Source: Eledone cirrhosa (lineage: Eukaryota). Taken from it: a stretch of DNA of 64,000 bases. The translations under genes were made by a program, and so were the position numbers. The stretch lies in contig OZ024742.1 in the NCBI GenBank assembly GCA_964016885.1, positions 87,234,001 through 87,298,000 of the forward strand, read 5' to 3'. Below the pieces are notes generated by a model that had not been told where the DNA came from, ran no database searches, and was given only the letters and a program-made list of their open reading frames with translations. Below, piece by piece: positions 42,301-54,778 of this stretch; position 1 is the stretch's first letter, and each line of letters starts with the position of its first letter.

Positions 42301-42469
42301 ATCGTTAAAGAAAGTTAGTCCAGCCCCGCTTTTTGGAACACTTCAAAGGCATGCATGCTGGAAACAGCATGAGCCTCCGATACGTCCTGAATATCTCAGA
42401 CTGCAGGTAACGGCTTGATATTCATTTCCAGAAAATTTCCAGCTAAATAACACCAATGACTGACCCTCA
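39397..42469 (+). mobile_element. R4/Dong family 2, two fused truncated copies (39397-40380 and 40380-42469)
   Basis: NHLL(I/F)MDDLK occurs twice; also PITCL, AAQEQAL, CRIC, RHD, RSDLVV..IVDVACP..RYQDL; ends in (TAA)n. Confidence 0.85.
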
Positions 42470-42597
42470 AATAATAATAATAATAATAATTTCTTTATTG
42501 GCCACAGGGCTTGCCATCAAGAAAAACATTACAGACGGCACAGGACGGTAGAGGACGGTAAGATGTGGGTTTTGTGCGTGTAAAGAGTTTTCATTAG

Positions 42598-42787
42598 GGC
42601 GGTGGATTGGCAGTATCAGTAGAGGGTCAGGCACCATGCTTTCCAGCATAGTTACGTCCCTTTACGATCTGAGTTCAAATCCCGCCGAGGTTGACTTTGC
42701 CTTTCATCCTTACAGGGTCGATAAAATAAAGTACCAGTAGTGCTCTGGGTAATTGCTGGCCTTGTGCCAAACGTAGAACCAATTATT
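42598..42787 (+). mobile_element. tRNA-derived SINE (subfamily a)
   Basis: A/B boxes and core as at 5311. Confidence 0.9.
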
Positions 42788-42793
42788 TATATA

Positions 42794-42975
42794 TGGCAGT
42801 ATCGGTAGAGGGTCGAACGCCATGCTTTGACGCATAGAGTTACGGCCCTTGCCATTCTGAGTTCAAATACCGCCGAGGTTAACTTTGCCTTTAATCCCTA
42901 CGAGGTCGATGAAATAAAGTACCAGTAATACACTGGGTAATTGCTGGCATTATGCCTAACGTAGAAACAATTATT
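42794..42975 (+). mobile_element. tRNA-derived SINE (subfamily b)
   Basis: Same core; diagnostic segment GACGCATAGAGTTACGGCCCTTGCC shared with the copy at 48947. Confidence 0.9.
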
Positions 42976-43030
42976 TATATAAAAAACGAAAAAGAAAAAA
43001 ATACATAGAAACATATATGTATATATATAT

Positions 43031-43761
43031 AAAACAAGGGGAGAAGAATACTGCATGGTTACACATGGATTACATATTATAAAATTAGTCCCTCATCAGT
43101 GATTTGCCAACCATCATTGGTATTTCATCGCATTAAAAATCAGATACCTCAGGTTGGTGCGAGCAATAACTAAAATAACCTATTGGGACAAGTGAAACGC
43201 GTAAAGCGAGTGAGACAAGTAAACAACAGAAGGAAAAGCAAACCGAAGGTTGGAAAAACAGCAAGCCACACGATAGTTATCCGATAAGCATAAGCTGGGT
43301 GAATTTCATGAGCGGTCAGAGAAGCAGACCGTACGCCGTGAATGCGGTTTGAGAAAGAAGGAACCCCACTACTAGCGAACGGGACGAAGTGAGAAGGGAA
43401 GAAACAGAGAGTGAGTGAGTGGAAGTGCGAGGAAGAGATCAGCCGAGAGAAAAAGAGTAACTGACAGAGAGGGCGAAAGAAAGTAAGAGAAACAGAGAAC
43501 GGGTGAGCAGTAAGTGAGAAAGAGAGAAACAGATAATCGCAGTTTAAGTAAATATATGAAAAACAAGGGGAGAAGAATACTGCATGGTTGCACATGGATT
43601 ACATATTATAAAATTAGTCCCTGATCAGTGATTTACCAACCATCATTGGTATTTCCTCGCATTAGAAATCAGATACCTCAGGTTGGTGCGAGCAATAACT
43701 AAAATAAGCTATTGGGACAAGTGAAACCCATAAAGCGAGTGAGACAAGTAAACAACAGAAG

Positions 43762-43765
<4 letters not shown>
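43031..43765. mobile_element. TA-inserted element with about 205 bp direct repeats (possible tandem pseudo-LTR)
   Basis: 43031-43235 is repeated at 43560-43763; absent from the homologous Tx1 UTR near 39040. Confidence 0.6.
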
Positions 43766-43840
<75 letters not shown>

Positions 43841-46800
43841 TTTATATATATATAAACAATAGAAATGAAAATTCAAACAATGAAAAATTCCCCAATAGGG
43901 GAAAACCTCCAGGCGTTACTCGTGGTGTAAACCACACAAAAGACCACGGCCACCCTTACCACCAGGGCAAGCGCCTTCTCTCAGTTGATTCCCATTCCTC
44001 AAACTAAAAGCGTATAATCAGACCATTCTCGCTACATTCACCCACCTTTCAAGGAACTTGCTAGAAGACAGCACTTGCCCCTCCATCGGATTTTCCTCTT
44101 CAACTGGATTCGCCGAAGCGGTAAGTGTCTGTCTTTAACCCTTTCAAACTGTTCCACCCCACAATCTCTTTCGCCATGGCCACCAGGCAGATGAATAACG
44201 CCTACCCATCTTCCTCGAAGGAAGACGGCGAGAGCATCCGCACATTGGACTCAGTCGATAACCGGATCGGTCCTATACGCGAGAGCATCTGTTCAACATA
44301 GCTCCACAAGTCAGCAATGCCCGGGCTCTGAACGAGTGCGTGCACGACGGTTTCGTCGCTCTGCGCGCATTTCGGACAGGGTCGGATGACGGCACTTCCG
44401 TGCCTGTAGAGCTTATCTCGAACCGGTAACGCTCCTCAGTAGCAGTGCCACGCCAGGGAATCTGGAAGTTATCCATAGTCCCTGGGCTGAAAGCTCTCCA
44501 GTACAGACCAAACAGCTGATTTTCGTCGACGTCCATGATCTCTCCGAAAACGTCATCGCCCTTCCCCTCCACTAGTCCTCAATAGCAGGCAGAGGGCAGT
44601 GAGCTCCGGGAGACGTTCCAGTTTCTAAGCGCTATCCCTCCTTCTTTTCCTGACCCAGGACTGCAGTTCCGTCAAGGTGACTAGCTGTCGGAAAACCTTC
44701 CTGGCGAACGGTGACCACACCTGTTCACCGTCAAAGAAGCAACAGAGATGTCGCAGCCTCAGCGCATGATTGCGCATAATCAGCCACGGCATGCCCAGTC
44801 CTCCACGTAACGGGTGTTGAAAGCAGATGTTTCGTCTGATCATGGGAGCGCATGAAGCACAAAAAGCGGAAGAGGAAGCACCTATTTTGATCAGAATTGG
44901 GCCGGGGCAAGGGACGAAGGTGAGGCGGTAGCAGATGACGGATGCAATGTATGCATTAACCACCTCCGCCCGGCCGTTCAGGGACCAGCCTCCTCTCAGG
45001 GCATTTCTAGGTGAGAGAGACCACCCTGCTCGTCACCTCGCTCCAGTTTTTCTCCATTTGGAGATCCGAATCGAACCAGACTCCGAGCAATTTAACCAGT
45101 CCGTCCGTCCAGCGCCCCACCAAGCTGTCGGACGGCATGGACTTGGCTCTCCAGCTGCCTAGTTGCAAGCTCAGCGACTTTTCCGGGTTTATCTTTGGTC
45201 CTGTCAAAGATTCGTATTCCTTCAGAGCGGTTCCGAACATCTGAACGTGTTTGAAGCTCGACACCCCCACGCTGACGTTATCGGCTTGCCGCAGGACTGC
45301 GTTGTCGTCGTAGAGAGCCACGGCAGTACACCTAGCTATGCACTGAAGTCCATACTCCGACCCGCTCCCGAACAATTGATGAAACTGCTGTTGAAAAGCC
45401 GTACACATCTGCTCGGGTTCGAGCAAAATGCGCCCGTTTTGATCAGGCAAAAACCGAATTGTGGATTCTTACCACGTCGCGCCTCCACCACCCGAGCCCA
45501 TTGGACGGCTTTCGTCCGCTCGCGTCTTAGAATATGCGCTCTAGCTCGGACAACGCTGCCCTCATGCTTTGAAGAATTATTCGAGTGCCAATCTCGCCGC
45601 AAGTACGTCGGTTGTGATGCATGTCCTAAACGCCTCTTCTAGCCTTCTAAGTAACTCTCCCTCTATTCAATTCTCCTCTATCACTACTCATTTGCTAAAT
45701 CTATATCGATTCTACTCTAATATCCCTTTTCAGGGCAAACCAACACCTGTTGTTGACCATCACACCTGTCAACCCACGCTTAACTAATTCGCTAATCCTT
45801 TGTCGCCAGGAACGCCGCGTTCAGCTTCCAGTAGCCCGATCCTTGTCTATGTAGTCTATCTCAGTCAACTTCGCAGATTACAAATATGTGGTCAGTGCAG
45901 TCGACTACATTAAATTGTGGACAACCTGCACTAGCCTTACTGTTTACCTACAAAATACCCTATCTAAATACGATATGGTTTGCCCATGTCTATATTGGCA
46001 CATTCAGATAATCCAGTTTATACCTGTCAGACAGTTCAAAACGTCTGAGCAGGTTGTTGAGGCTTTTCCACCCTCCTGCCCTGTCTACTAGCCAACATAA
46101 TCCCAGCGTGCATCTAAGTTACCGTTCCGGCCGCCCACTAAGACTAAAGGGAGGGACATTTCAAGAAAGGTCTCTATACGTCTGAAGAAATCTAGCCGTC
46201 CTGCTCCTGTTGTGGGGTAGAGAGCTACTAGCCTGAAAGCATTGCCTTCGTTGAGGGTCACGTCCAACACCACAGGTTTACATTCTGGGTCCAGGAAGAT
46301 GGCCCGTATGCCGGATCCAAACCTCTCCGAAACAGCACGCAAACACTCCCCCCGGTCTTGGACGGTTGTTAGGTCGTAGCCGCCGAAGACCGGTGCGTAC
46401 GCTCGCGCTTCGGAGATTCTGGTCTCGTTGGTGGCCACCACATCTATTTTTAGTGACCTGAGTTCGTGGACAGGTGACCCTGCTTCCAAGATCACCACAG
46501 GAAACGTACATGTATACTGTCTATTCTAAGTACGGCCATGTTGGATGAGAAACTGGGTAAGTAGAACCATCCCTTTGGCTGGTCATGGGTGTTTCCAAGA
46601 GGATGTCGGTGCATATCCTCTTGGTAACCGACTAGTTGAAATCTCCAACTGCGTTGGGGAATTTTCTTTTAACAGTTTGTAATGTTCTATTTTGATTTCA
46701 ATTGTTTTTTTTTCGGGAGAGTTATTGGTGTTGGTGGGGTGTAGTAGCTTTTTTCTGAGATGTCTGTGTGCTGCTTTATATGTTGTAAGAGTTCTTTATT

Positions 46801-48689
46801 TGCCATGTTTATGTCTGTACTTTTTTTGTGTGTGTGTATTTTGGTGATCGTGTTGCTGTTTCTTGTTGTTGCTGTTGGGTGTGTGTGTTTTATTGTGTTT
46901 GCGAAGTTGGTGTTTTTGGTGATGCTGGTGGTGGTGTGGTTGTTGTTGGTGGTGATGATTGTGGTGGTGAACGTGATGGTGGTGTTGTTACCGCAAGTCT
47001 CCTGGCAGCCTTTACCCCTCTATTTTTTCTTTCGCTTTTTGACGGTGAAGCTAAGGGTATTTTCTGTTTTCTTTTTTTTTGAGGCAAAGCGTTTGTCACT
47101 ACCCTCCCGCCTCATACGTGGCGTCTGGGGTGGGCCTGTATGTATGAGCTACACTGCTGTTGGTGGTGGTAGTGGAGTCCATTCCGGCGATTTTACCGCC
47201 GATGTAGCTACTGCGACTGTTGGTGTTGCCGCCACTGATGCTGCTGCTTCAGTTGCCTGTGGCCTTGGCATGGGTGCCACGGACGTTGCCCTCTACTCAC
47301 CATGGAAGGGTCTTCTGGCCCTGTTGTTTGCCCTACTCTTGGTAGCACGGATCAGGCGTCGGCAGAAGGGGCGCCCTCTCCTTAGCTGTCTTCTGCGGGC
47401 AGAAGATCCTCAGGTGACCCTTCTGCCCACAGAGATAGCACTTTGGGTGCCTTCCTACCACATTTATAGGGAGGTGGAGTCATTCCTCGAGGTCTATGAT
47501 GTTTGCTGTTGCTACTGCTACAATGGTGTTGTTGGTGTTGTTGCTGTTATGACTGTTGTAGTTGGTTATGTTTTTGGACCCACCGTTGTTGTTGTTTTCG
47601 GTGCAATTTGTATTGTTGTTGTTGGGGTTGTCGTTGTTTATTTTCTTGCTAGTGGTGTTAATATCGTTGTTGTATTTGTTGTCAATTTTGTTGTTGTCTG
47701 TATTTTGATTGTCGATGTTGTAGTTGGTGTGGTAATTTTTTTAAAATTAATATTCTCAGTGTTGTCTTTGTTCACGTTGTTTGTGGTGGTGGTTGTTGTA
47801 TTATCTTCTGTGACCCTCCTCTCAACATTTATGCCATTGCCACACGACAGTAGACATATTGCTGGGGGCACGGCATGGCTCAGCCATGCTTTTTTTTATT
47901 TTTAAAAGTAAAATGTTCAAATAGTGTTCAAATAGTTGTGCCAAAAGGCACTAATATTATACTTTCCCCTTCAAAGTGCAAAGTCAAAGGGCTTATACCC
48001 CTTACACAACGAGAACAATTTAACAACAAATAATTATAACAGGTAAATAAAACGATTTACCGGGTGCGATCAAAACAGACTCCGAACAGCCAATAATAAT
48101 AATAATAATAATAATGAAATTATTGTGTACAGTACTCCGGTGCACTACAGCTCGTCATGGTTTCTTATATAGACACAAGCCCAGAAAAATACACAGATAA
48201 TAATAACAAATAGGTTAGGTGTAAATTAATGAGATTAATGTTAGATACTAAATGTTGATAGCTAATGATTAACGATTGAACGTTTCATATGTGATGTATC
48301 TATATGGTAGATAGAGAACCCATTAATCAGCTAACTCTGAATCTAAACTGAAAAATATTGGCATAGTAGAGAAAAATAGCAGGAGAATTTAAATTATAGA
48401 ACGTAATAATTAAACAATCGAATAGTTATATCTCAGTCAATCACATATATAAATACAAATAACAATACATTTAGGGGCAAAATGTCTAAGCGGCAATAAG
48501 GTAGTGTTGTCGAATTATTATAACTTCCGTTATATTCCCAGTGCCGGGGGTGTTCTGCTCAGTTTATCCCATGCAATATGCAAATAAACTACTCCGTCCC
48601 TGCATTGTCAGATGATGTGGGATGGGATCCGGTAAGAGATCGTGTTTCCCAGCTAAATGCCAACAATGTTGAAGAAGGAAAAATCATTA

Positions 48690-48828
48690 CTTCTATATTA
48701 TTTTATAGATTCCGTAAAGAAGGAAAGCAAAGTTAACATGATTTGAACTCAACATCTGAAAGGCCTTAACTGTATGCCGGGACGCATATTTCCAACGCCC
48801 TAGCGATGCTGCCCGTACACCGCCTTAT
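48690..48828 (-). mobile_element. Old diverged SINE copy
   Basis: GATTTGAACTC B-box complement and degenerate head. Confidence 0.55.
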
Positions 48829-48946
48829 AAAATAAGTTATTATAATGAAAACATTAGAAAATCTCTTCCGGCTGGAAAATTAAAATGTCTATACTTCCAT
48901 TGCTAGGTGTTTTAGTTGATTATTAAATATTTGATGTTATCACAAT

Positions 48947-49134
48947 ATAATTGTTTCTACTATTGGCACAATGCCAGCAGTTACCCAGTACATTAATGGG
49001 ACTTTATTTTATCAACCTCGTAAGGATGAAAGGTAAAGTTAACCTCGGCGGGATTTGAACTCAGAATGGCAAGGGCCGTAACTCTATGCGTCAAACCATG
49101 GCGTCCGACCCTCTACCGATACTGCCAATCCACC
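48947..49134 (-). mobile_element. tRNA-derived SINE (subfamily b)
   Basis: Reverse complement of the 42794-type copy. Confidence 0.9.
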
Positions 49135-52100
49135 AGGAGTAACTATGATTATAATTTAAAATCGCTTTTCGGTTAGAGCGTTATGACTTTCTGCCATTTC
49201 GACGATTGCTTTGTACAACGTGTTATGGAATTTCTTTTTAATGTTAATTCATTTGACGCGATATTTTTTGCAGTATAATGTCTCCACATTTGGAAGAATC
49301 TGAATAACAGTTTTATATTATTCTGGATATATTAACGGTATATGTGCACATGATTGTGGACGCCATGGGATTTGAATCCGACCGTGATAATGTATTTTCA
49401 TTACTGTGAAGATTATTACTATCCCATATGATATTGCTGGGGAATATATCATTTTTTTTTTTTACTCCCAATATCCATGAAACATAAATATCTGAAAATA
49501 TAAGAATATTGACAATTAATCGTTTACTTTCAACATCTATTCTTGAAATGTTCATATTTCTAAAATGTAAATATTAGTTTTTCTATCTATGTACTCAATG
49601 CATAGAAATGAACGCAGTACATGTTCAAACGTATTTCGAAGTTCTACACTGTCCAAATATATCACGTGTTTTATATAATATAGCTTGGTTCCAAACAATG
49701 AAAAAAAGAGGTAATGTGGAATATTTTACCCACGTATTTGATTGTTGGTGTATTAATTCAGGGACGTGATTACAGCCATGATAGGACGCTGTTTCATGTG
49801 TTTATCGACAAATGTATTTCCGTTCGTATACATTTTATGCATACTAACATATGGAAGATCTTAAGCGTTACCGTGGGTAAATAATTAAGAATATTAAGAT
49901 CGCCTCATGTACGACGGTCACCGTTTATGCGTAAACAAATATCGCGGATTAAATTATTCATTTTAAATGCAAAATCTTACTGCATAATTCCTTATGAGAA
50001 ACATGTATTAATATTGCAATTACAAACTTAATAATAATTGACCTGCCAACTTCTTAAAAGCCAAACGGGAAACGCCATGAAAAGATGTGCCTCAAATCGG
50101 GTGAAATGAGGAAAAATGGGAAGAGTTTACGTAATAAAAGGTATACCTGATTTAACAAGAGAAGGCACCTCTTAGTCACCTCAACATTGATGGGAGGTCT
50201 CCCTGACTGACGGGGAGTGTTGTTAGGTCTGTGATAAATAACAAATAAAAGGACGAAACCAGAAGTTATATAACAATTAATTCAAAAACAATGTATATCA
50301 TTAGATATCTTTGAAGGACAGTTGTATTTTGGTCATATATGATATATGGGAATTTCAAGTAAAAACAAATTACACAATTCTCTATTATCTCTCAGAGAAA
50401 TGAAAATAACTGAGCTATGACGTTTTTATCTTACTCTGTCTTTGAATATTTTTATATTTTACTAAATTATATTCCATTAATGCTCTAAAGAATCAGAAGT
50501 CATAAGACATGGGATGGATTATCTTTAAAGTTTAGATGCCTTTTAGTCTAGCAAAGGCAATTAAGGATCATATGAAAATAATTTTTTTTAATATCGAACA
50601 CTCAATTGTTTTATTATACAAAAAATACACTTCTGGGATACCCTATGGGTGTCGAACACAAACATTTAGTTAAACAAATTCAAACACAGGAATACTGGTT
50701 ACATTCACATTACACACTTGTGTACCTAATAATTGTACGTTTTATTTTCAAGTGTTTCACTTCATTTTAGCTTTGTGGTATGCGATTTTCAATTGTAGAT
50801 AATCTTGTAGCTATAAGGTTATACAGTATCTATATTTTCCAATGTATAAACAAAGACGTATAATATATTCGCATGATTTCAGATATAATATATTTTATCT
50901 TGTAATTTGTTTAATGATAATAATTTGTTGATAATTATATTTAAGATATAAATTTCATTTTGTATACTATTGTAGCTGATACAGCATTCAAAGTTTCCAA
51001 CCAAGTTTTTAATGTCTGTGGTTATGAAATACATTTTGAAACACGCTGTCCGGATATATAATATAATAGATAACCATAATATATGCAATGAGTCACTAAC
51101 ACAGAAAAATATACAATAACATTTTCTGGAGATTTCAACGTATGCATGTAAGCAACACGCCATGTGTTCTGACTACAAAGCAGTATTCAGTAATAGAATA
51201 ATTATATTTAACCCTACAACTGATTTCTATTTATGATTAAGTTGATAAAAATAAGTTGATATTTATATCGTTCTAATAGCCGTTAAAAGTGTCATTTCTC
51301 AAATTCTATCGCCATAACGTCTTAATGTATGTGCTAAAATATATATGTCCGTTGCCATCTATATAATTATAAATACATTTTCCAGTTGGTTATGCTCTGT
51401 ATTGTTTGTAATCAAATATAGCACAGAAAGGTTTTTTGTATTCACTGCACAAAATATATGCGGCCGTACTTAAGTTGGTTTAATGCATTCAGTTATAAAA
51501 TTAATTAAACTGTAGTTAATAAGGGTAAAGTTACTAATATTTTTCTTTATCTGTTTATATATTGATGTTTTAGTTGTTTATATTTTAGCATAGGTTTCTT
51601 TATATACATTGACATTATTTTTTTATTTGGCTCTATGTTAAAATTATGTGGACAATAGATTCATTATCCGGAATGAGTATTTCGGACAGTATCCTGATTT
51701 TCCTGGTTATATAGGCTGCACCTGATGTTAGATTATTGATAAATTCCATTACACACAGATTTGTTCCTTATAGGACTGAATAATATGGAATTTATAAAAT
51801 TTACGAGAAAGTCAAGAACACTATTCACATTTCACTTCGCAATGTTGATAATGCCGTGCCATTCAACGCATACTTCTAATTAATTAATAATGGATTCCGT
51901 TTCCCGTTCAATGTATGATCTTATGAATTTCATTATCTGATTACATTATAGTTTGTTACATAAATGTATCTCACTAATTTAACAAATAATACTTTCAAGC
52001 TCAGTCCTATGGATGCAAGACAAATGTGAATTCAGTATGTAGAAAGACACGTTATTTATAAGATCTGGGTGTTGAGACATTATTTTCTTTACAAATTATA

Positions 52101-53558
52101 CTTATATTAGATACATAAATTCTGTCATAATAATATATACATTATTAAAATAACATGCTCAACGCATTGCAATGGTATTTTCTTGTTGTCTTAGTTTTCC
52201 AAACGTTATATTCTGCAAACTGTTATTAATATTTAATTACATTTGTATTTACACGATTTCGATATCTTTAAATATAAAACGACTAAAGCAATTTGTTAGA
52301 TGTATAGTTACGTCACTGTGTATTACCTAGAAGCCAGTTGACTGACTAATTCCCCATTCGATTCTGTTTTAATCACATATTTTATCATTTGCCAGAATAA
52401 GTAAATAAAAAGAAAACTAAACACATCTTCGTTTGATAAAGAATGGAAACACTGTACAATGTGAAAATGATGATGGATTAAAAATGATGATGAATGATGA
52501 TCATCGTTTAAACTCATCTGGAATTCTTAGAATCATTAGGCCATTAAAAAAAAACCTCTCGTTGTTGGACCTGTCTTTTTTATTTAAATACTGAAGTGGA
52601 CAAATTTAGTTTTTATCCTGTTGATTTTAATAAAGAATTAGCACTAGAATGGGTCTAAATTTGTTAGAGATACACAAGATATATTGTGGTAGCTGTTTCA
52701 TTTTAAGTTCTGAAGACACCGCTTCCGACAACACTAGAATCGAGCAGTTTTGACTGTTGTTTTCATATGGAAAACAATTGTCAAAATTGCTCGATATTGA
52801 AAACATTGGTATTTCTGATCTAAGAAGCATACGAAATAAACGTTTGTGTATTTCTCCATACCAGCCTATGTAATTTAATATTCATAACAATTTGCAGAAT
52901 ATAACATTCCAATTAAAGATCCCAGTTCTCACAAGACAGAGCAAACTGTAATAAGGAAGGTGGTGTGAGTTACAGAAATTCTAAATAAAAATGTCTAAAT
53001 GCCACGCATGAATATACATCGTTGAAAAGGAAACGAAATCCTACGCACAACGATTCGAATGGACCTAACGGATGCCTAACAAGATATCAAAGAGCGTTTG
53101 CTATAGATTGGATGAAAAACCGTGGCTATAATATATGAAAGCAAATCTTTGTATATATAGCTGTGTAGTTTAGATTACTCGATGTCTGCTTTGATCAAGC
53201 ACACTATGAATGAATGTGGCCTCCCAGTCATGTTATGTCGAGGAATATTAACTCTAAAATGTTAGAATTTCATATATCATTATCAATTTTAAGATGATAT
53301 AATGTGACGTTTGATTACCATTTATTAAGTGCGAAGAAGGATTCGAGGAAGAATGTTTGGTTCGATTTCGAACAAAGTAAAATAGGAATCGTATTAACCA
53401 AATGATTATTTGCACTTTGACCTAATAAGCATAGAATAAAGTTAAATACAACGAAATCACATATAAACATGCCTAAAAAAATCCACAAATCCGCAGTCAA
53501 GCACGCAGACACATACAGCCACACAAACACACATACACACACGCGCGCGTGCACACAT

Positions 53559-53623
<65 letters not shown>

Positions 53624-53644
53624 GAATTTATATCTAGTAACATA

Positions 53645-54447
53645 TATATACACACGGATGCATATCAATGCTAGCAAATATATAGGTTTTGTCTTATTAA
53701 CAATGTGGTTCAATGCATGGGGTTGCAGAACAATAATATGAGAGACGTAAAATAAGAAAATTATAAAATTAACTTACTTACTAAAAAATCACTTCCACCT
53801 AATTAGTTTCTGGAATGGAGTAAATATATTTTCCGAAGAAACATATAAAAAATCATTCCGTCATCAGGAATGTCTTTTTCCGTATAGGTCTCCAGGCATA
53901 GCGAGGACACTGGAAACTTATTAAAAAAATAATTCACTCGAATGGAAATAGCGAAGCGTGGACTGAATTCCAAGCCATTGAGAAAATCACTGCCTCTACG
54001 TCTGTGGCAAATTCAAAAAGAATCAATCACGTGACATCGAGGTCAATCAGTGGAAAGCGAGTGGTTATTAAGACAGCGGCCAGCTTACCACCATAGTAGC
54101 AGTCATGGCCAAATATTGCTCGACAAATGAATTGCAGATAATTATAAGGAATTTATATCTATTAACATTTATATACACACATATGCATATCAATGCTAGC
54201 AAATATATAGGTTTTGTCTTATTAACAATGTGGTTCAATGCATGGGGTTGCAGAACAATAATATGAGAGACGTAAAATAAGAAAATTATAAAATTAACTT
54301 TCTTTACTAAAAATCACTTCCAACAAATTAGTTTCTGGAATGGAGTAAATATATTTTCCGAAGAAACATATGGAAAATCATTCCGTCATCAGGAAAGTCT
54401 TTTTCCGTATAGGTCTCCAGGCATAGCGTGGAAACTGGAAACTTATT
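53645..54447. repeat. Direct repeat of about 280 bp (53645-53922 and 54170-54447)
   Basis: Near-identical by eye; the second copy ends where the PLE begins. Confidence 0.85.
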
Positions 54448-54778
54448 TATACCGTCGATTTTGTCGGGATATCTATTGGTATTCTCGACAGTATCCTGAT
54501 TTATCTTTATCTGCTTAAGCCACTTTAGTTTCTTGTTAAAGTGCTTATCACATTCTTGAGTAATGTACTGTTCTTCAGGACGTATAAGGCTTATAAATAT
54601 TAGTTTCTCTCTTGGTGTGGTGATCCTAGCTATTTTTGTATTAGGTTACGCTTATGTTTTTCTTGATGGCTTAATTCTCTATAGATCTTGTTTTTTATGT
54701 TTAGAATTAGTGTTCGTTTTAGCCTATCTGCTGGTTTATTGGTGAGTTGTAATCTTCTTACGTCGGTGTTGATGGTGT

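Larger units (their letters stand above)
42491..48092 (-). mobile_element. Second, more decayed full-length Tx1 element with insertions in its 3' UTR
   Basis: ORF2 remnants 44000-46540 homologous to 27939-31302; ORF1 remnant 46550-47900; 5' end abuts (TAA)n at 48092. Confidence 0.85.

Noticed and set aside
46760-47905. 381-aa Val-rich plus-strand ORF resembling a membrane protein
   Set aside because: It is the antisense reading of the AAC-rich Tx1 ORF1 remnant.
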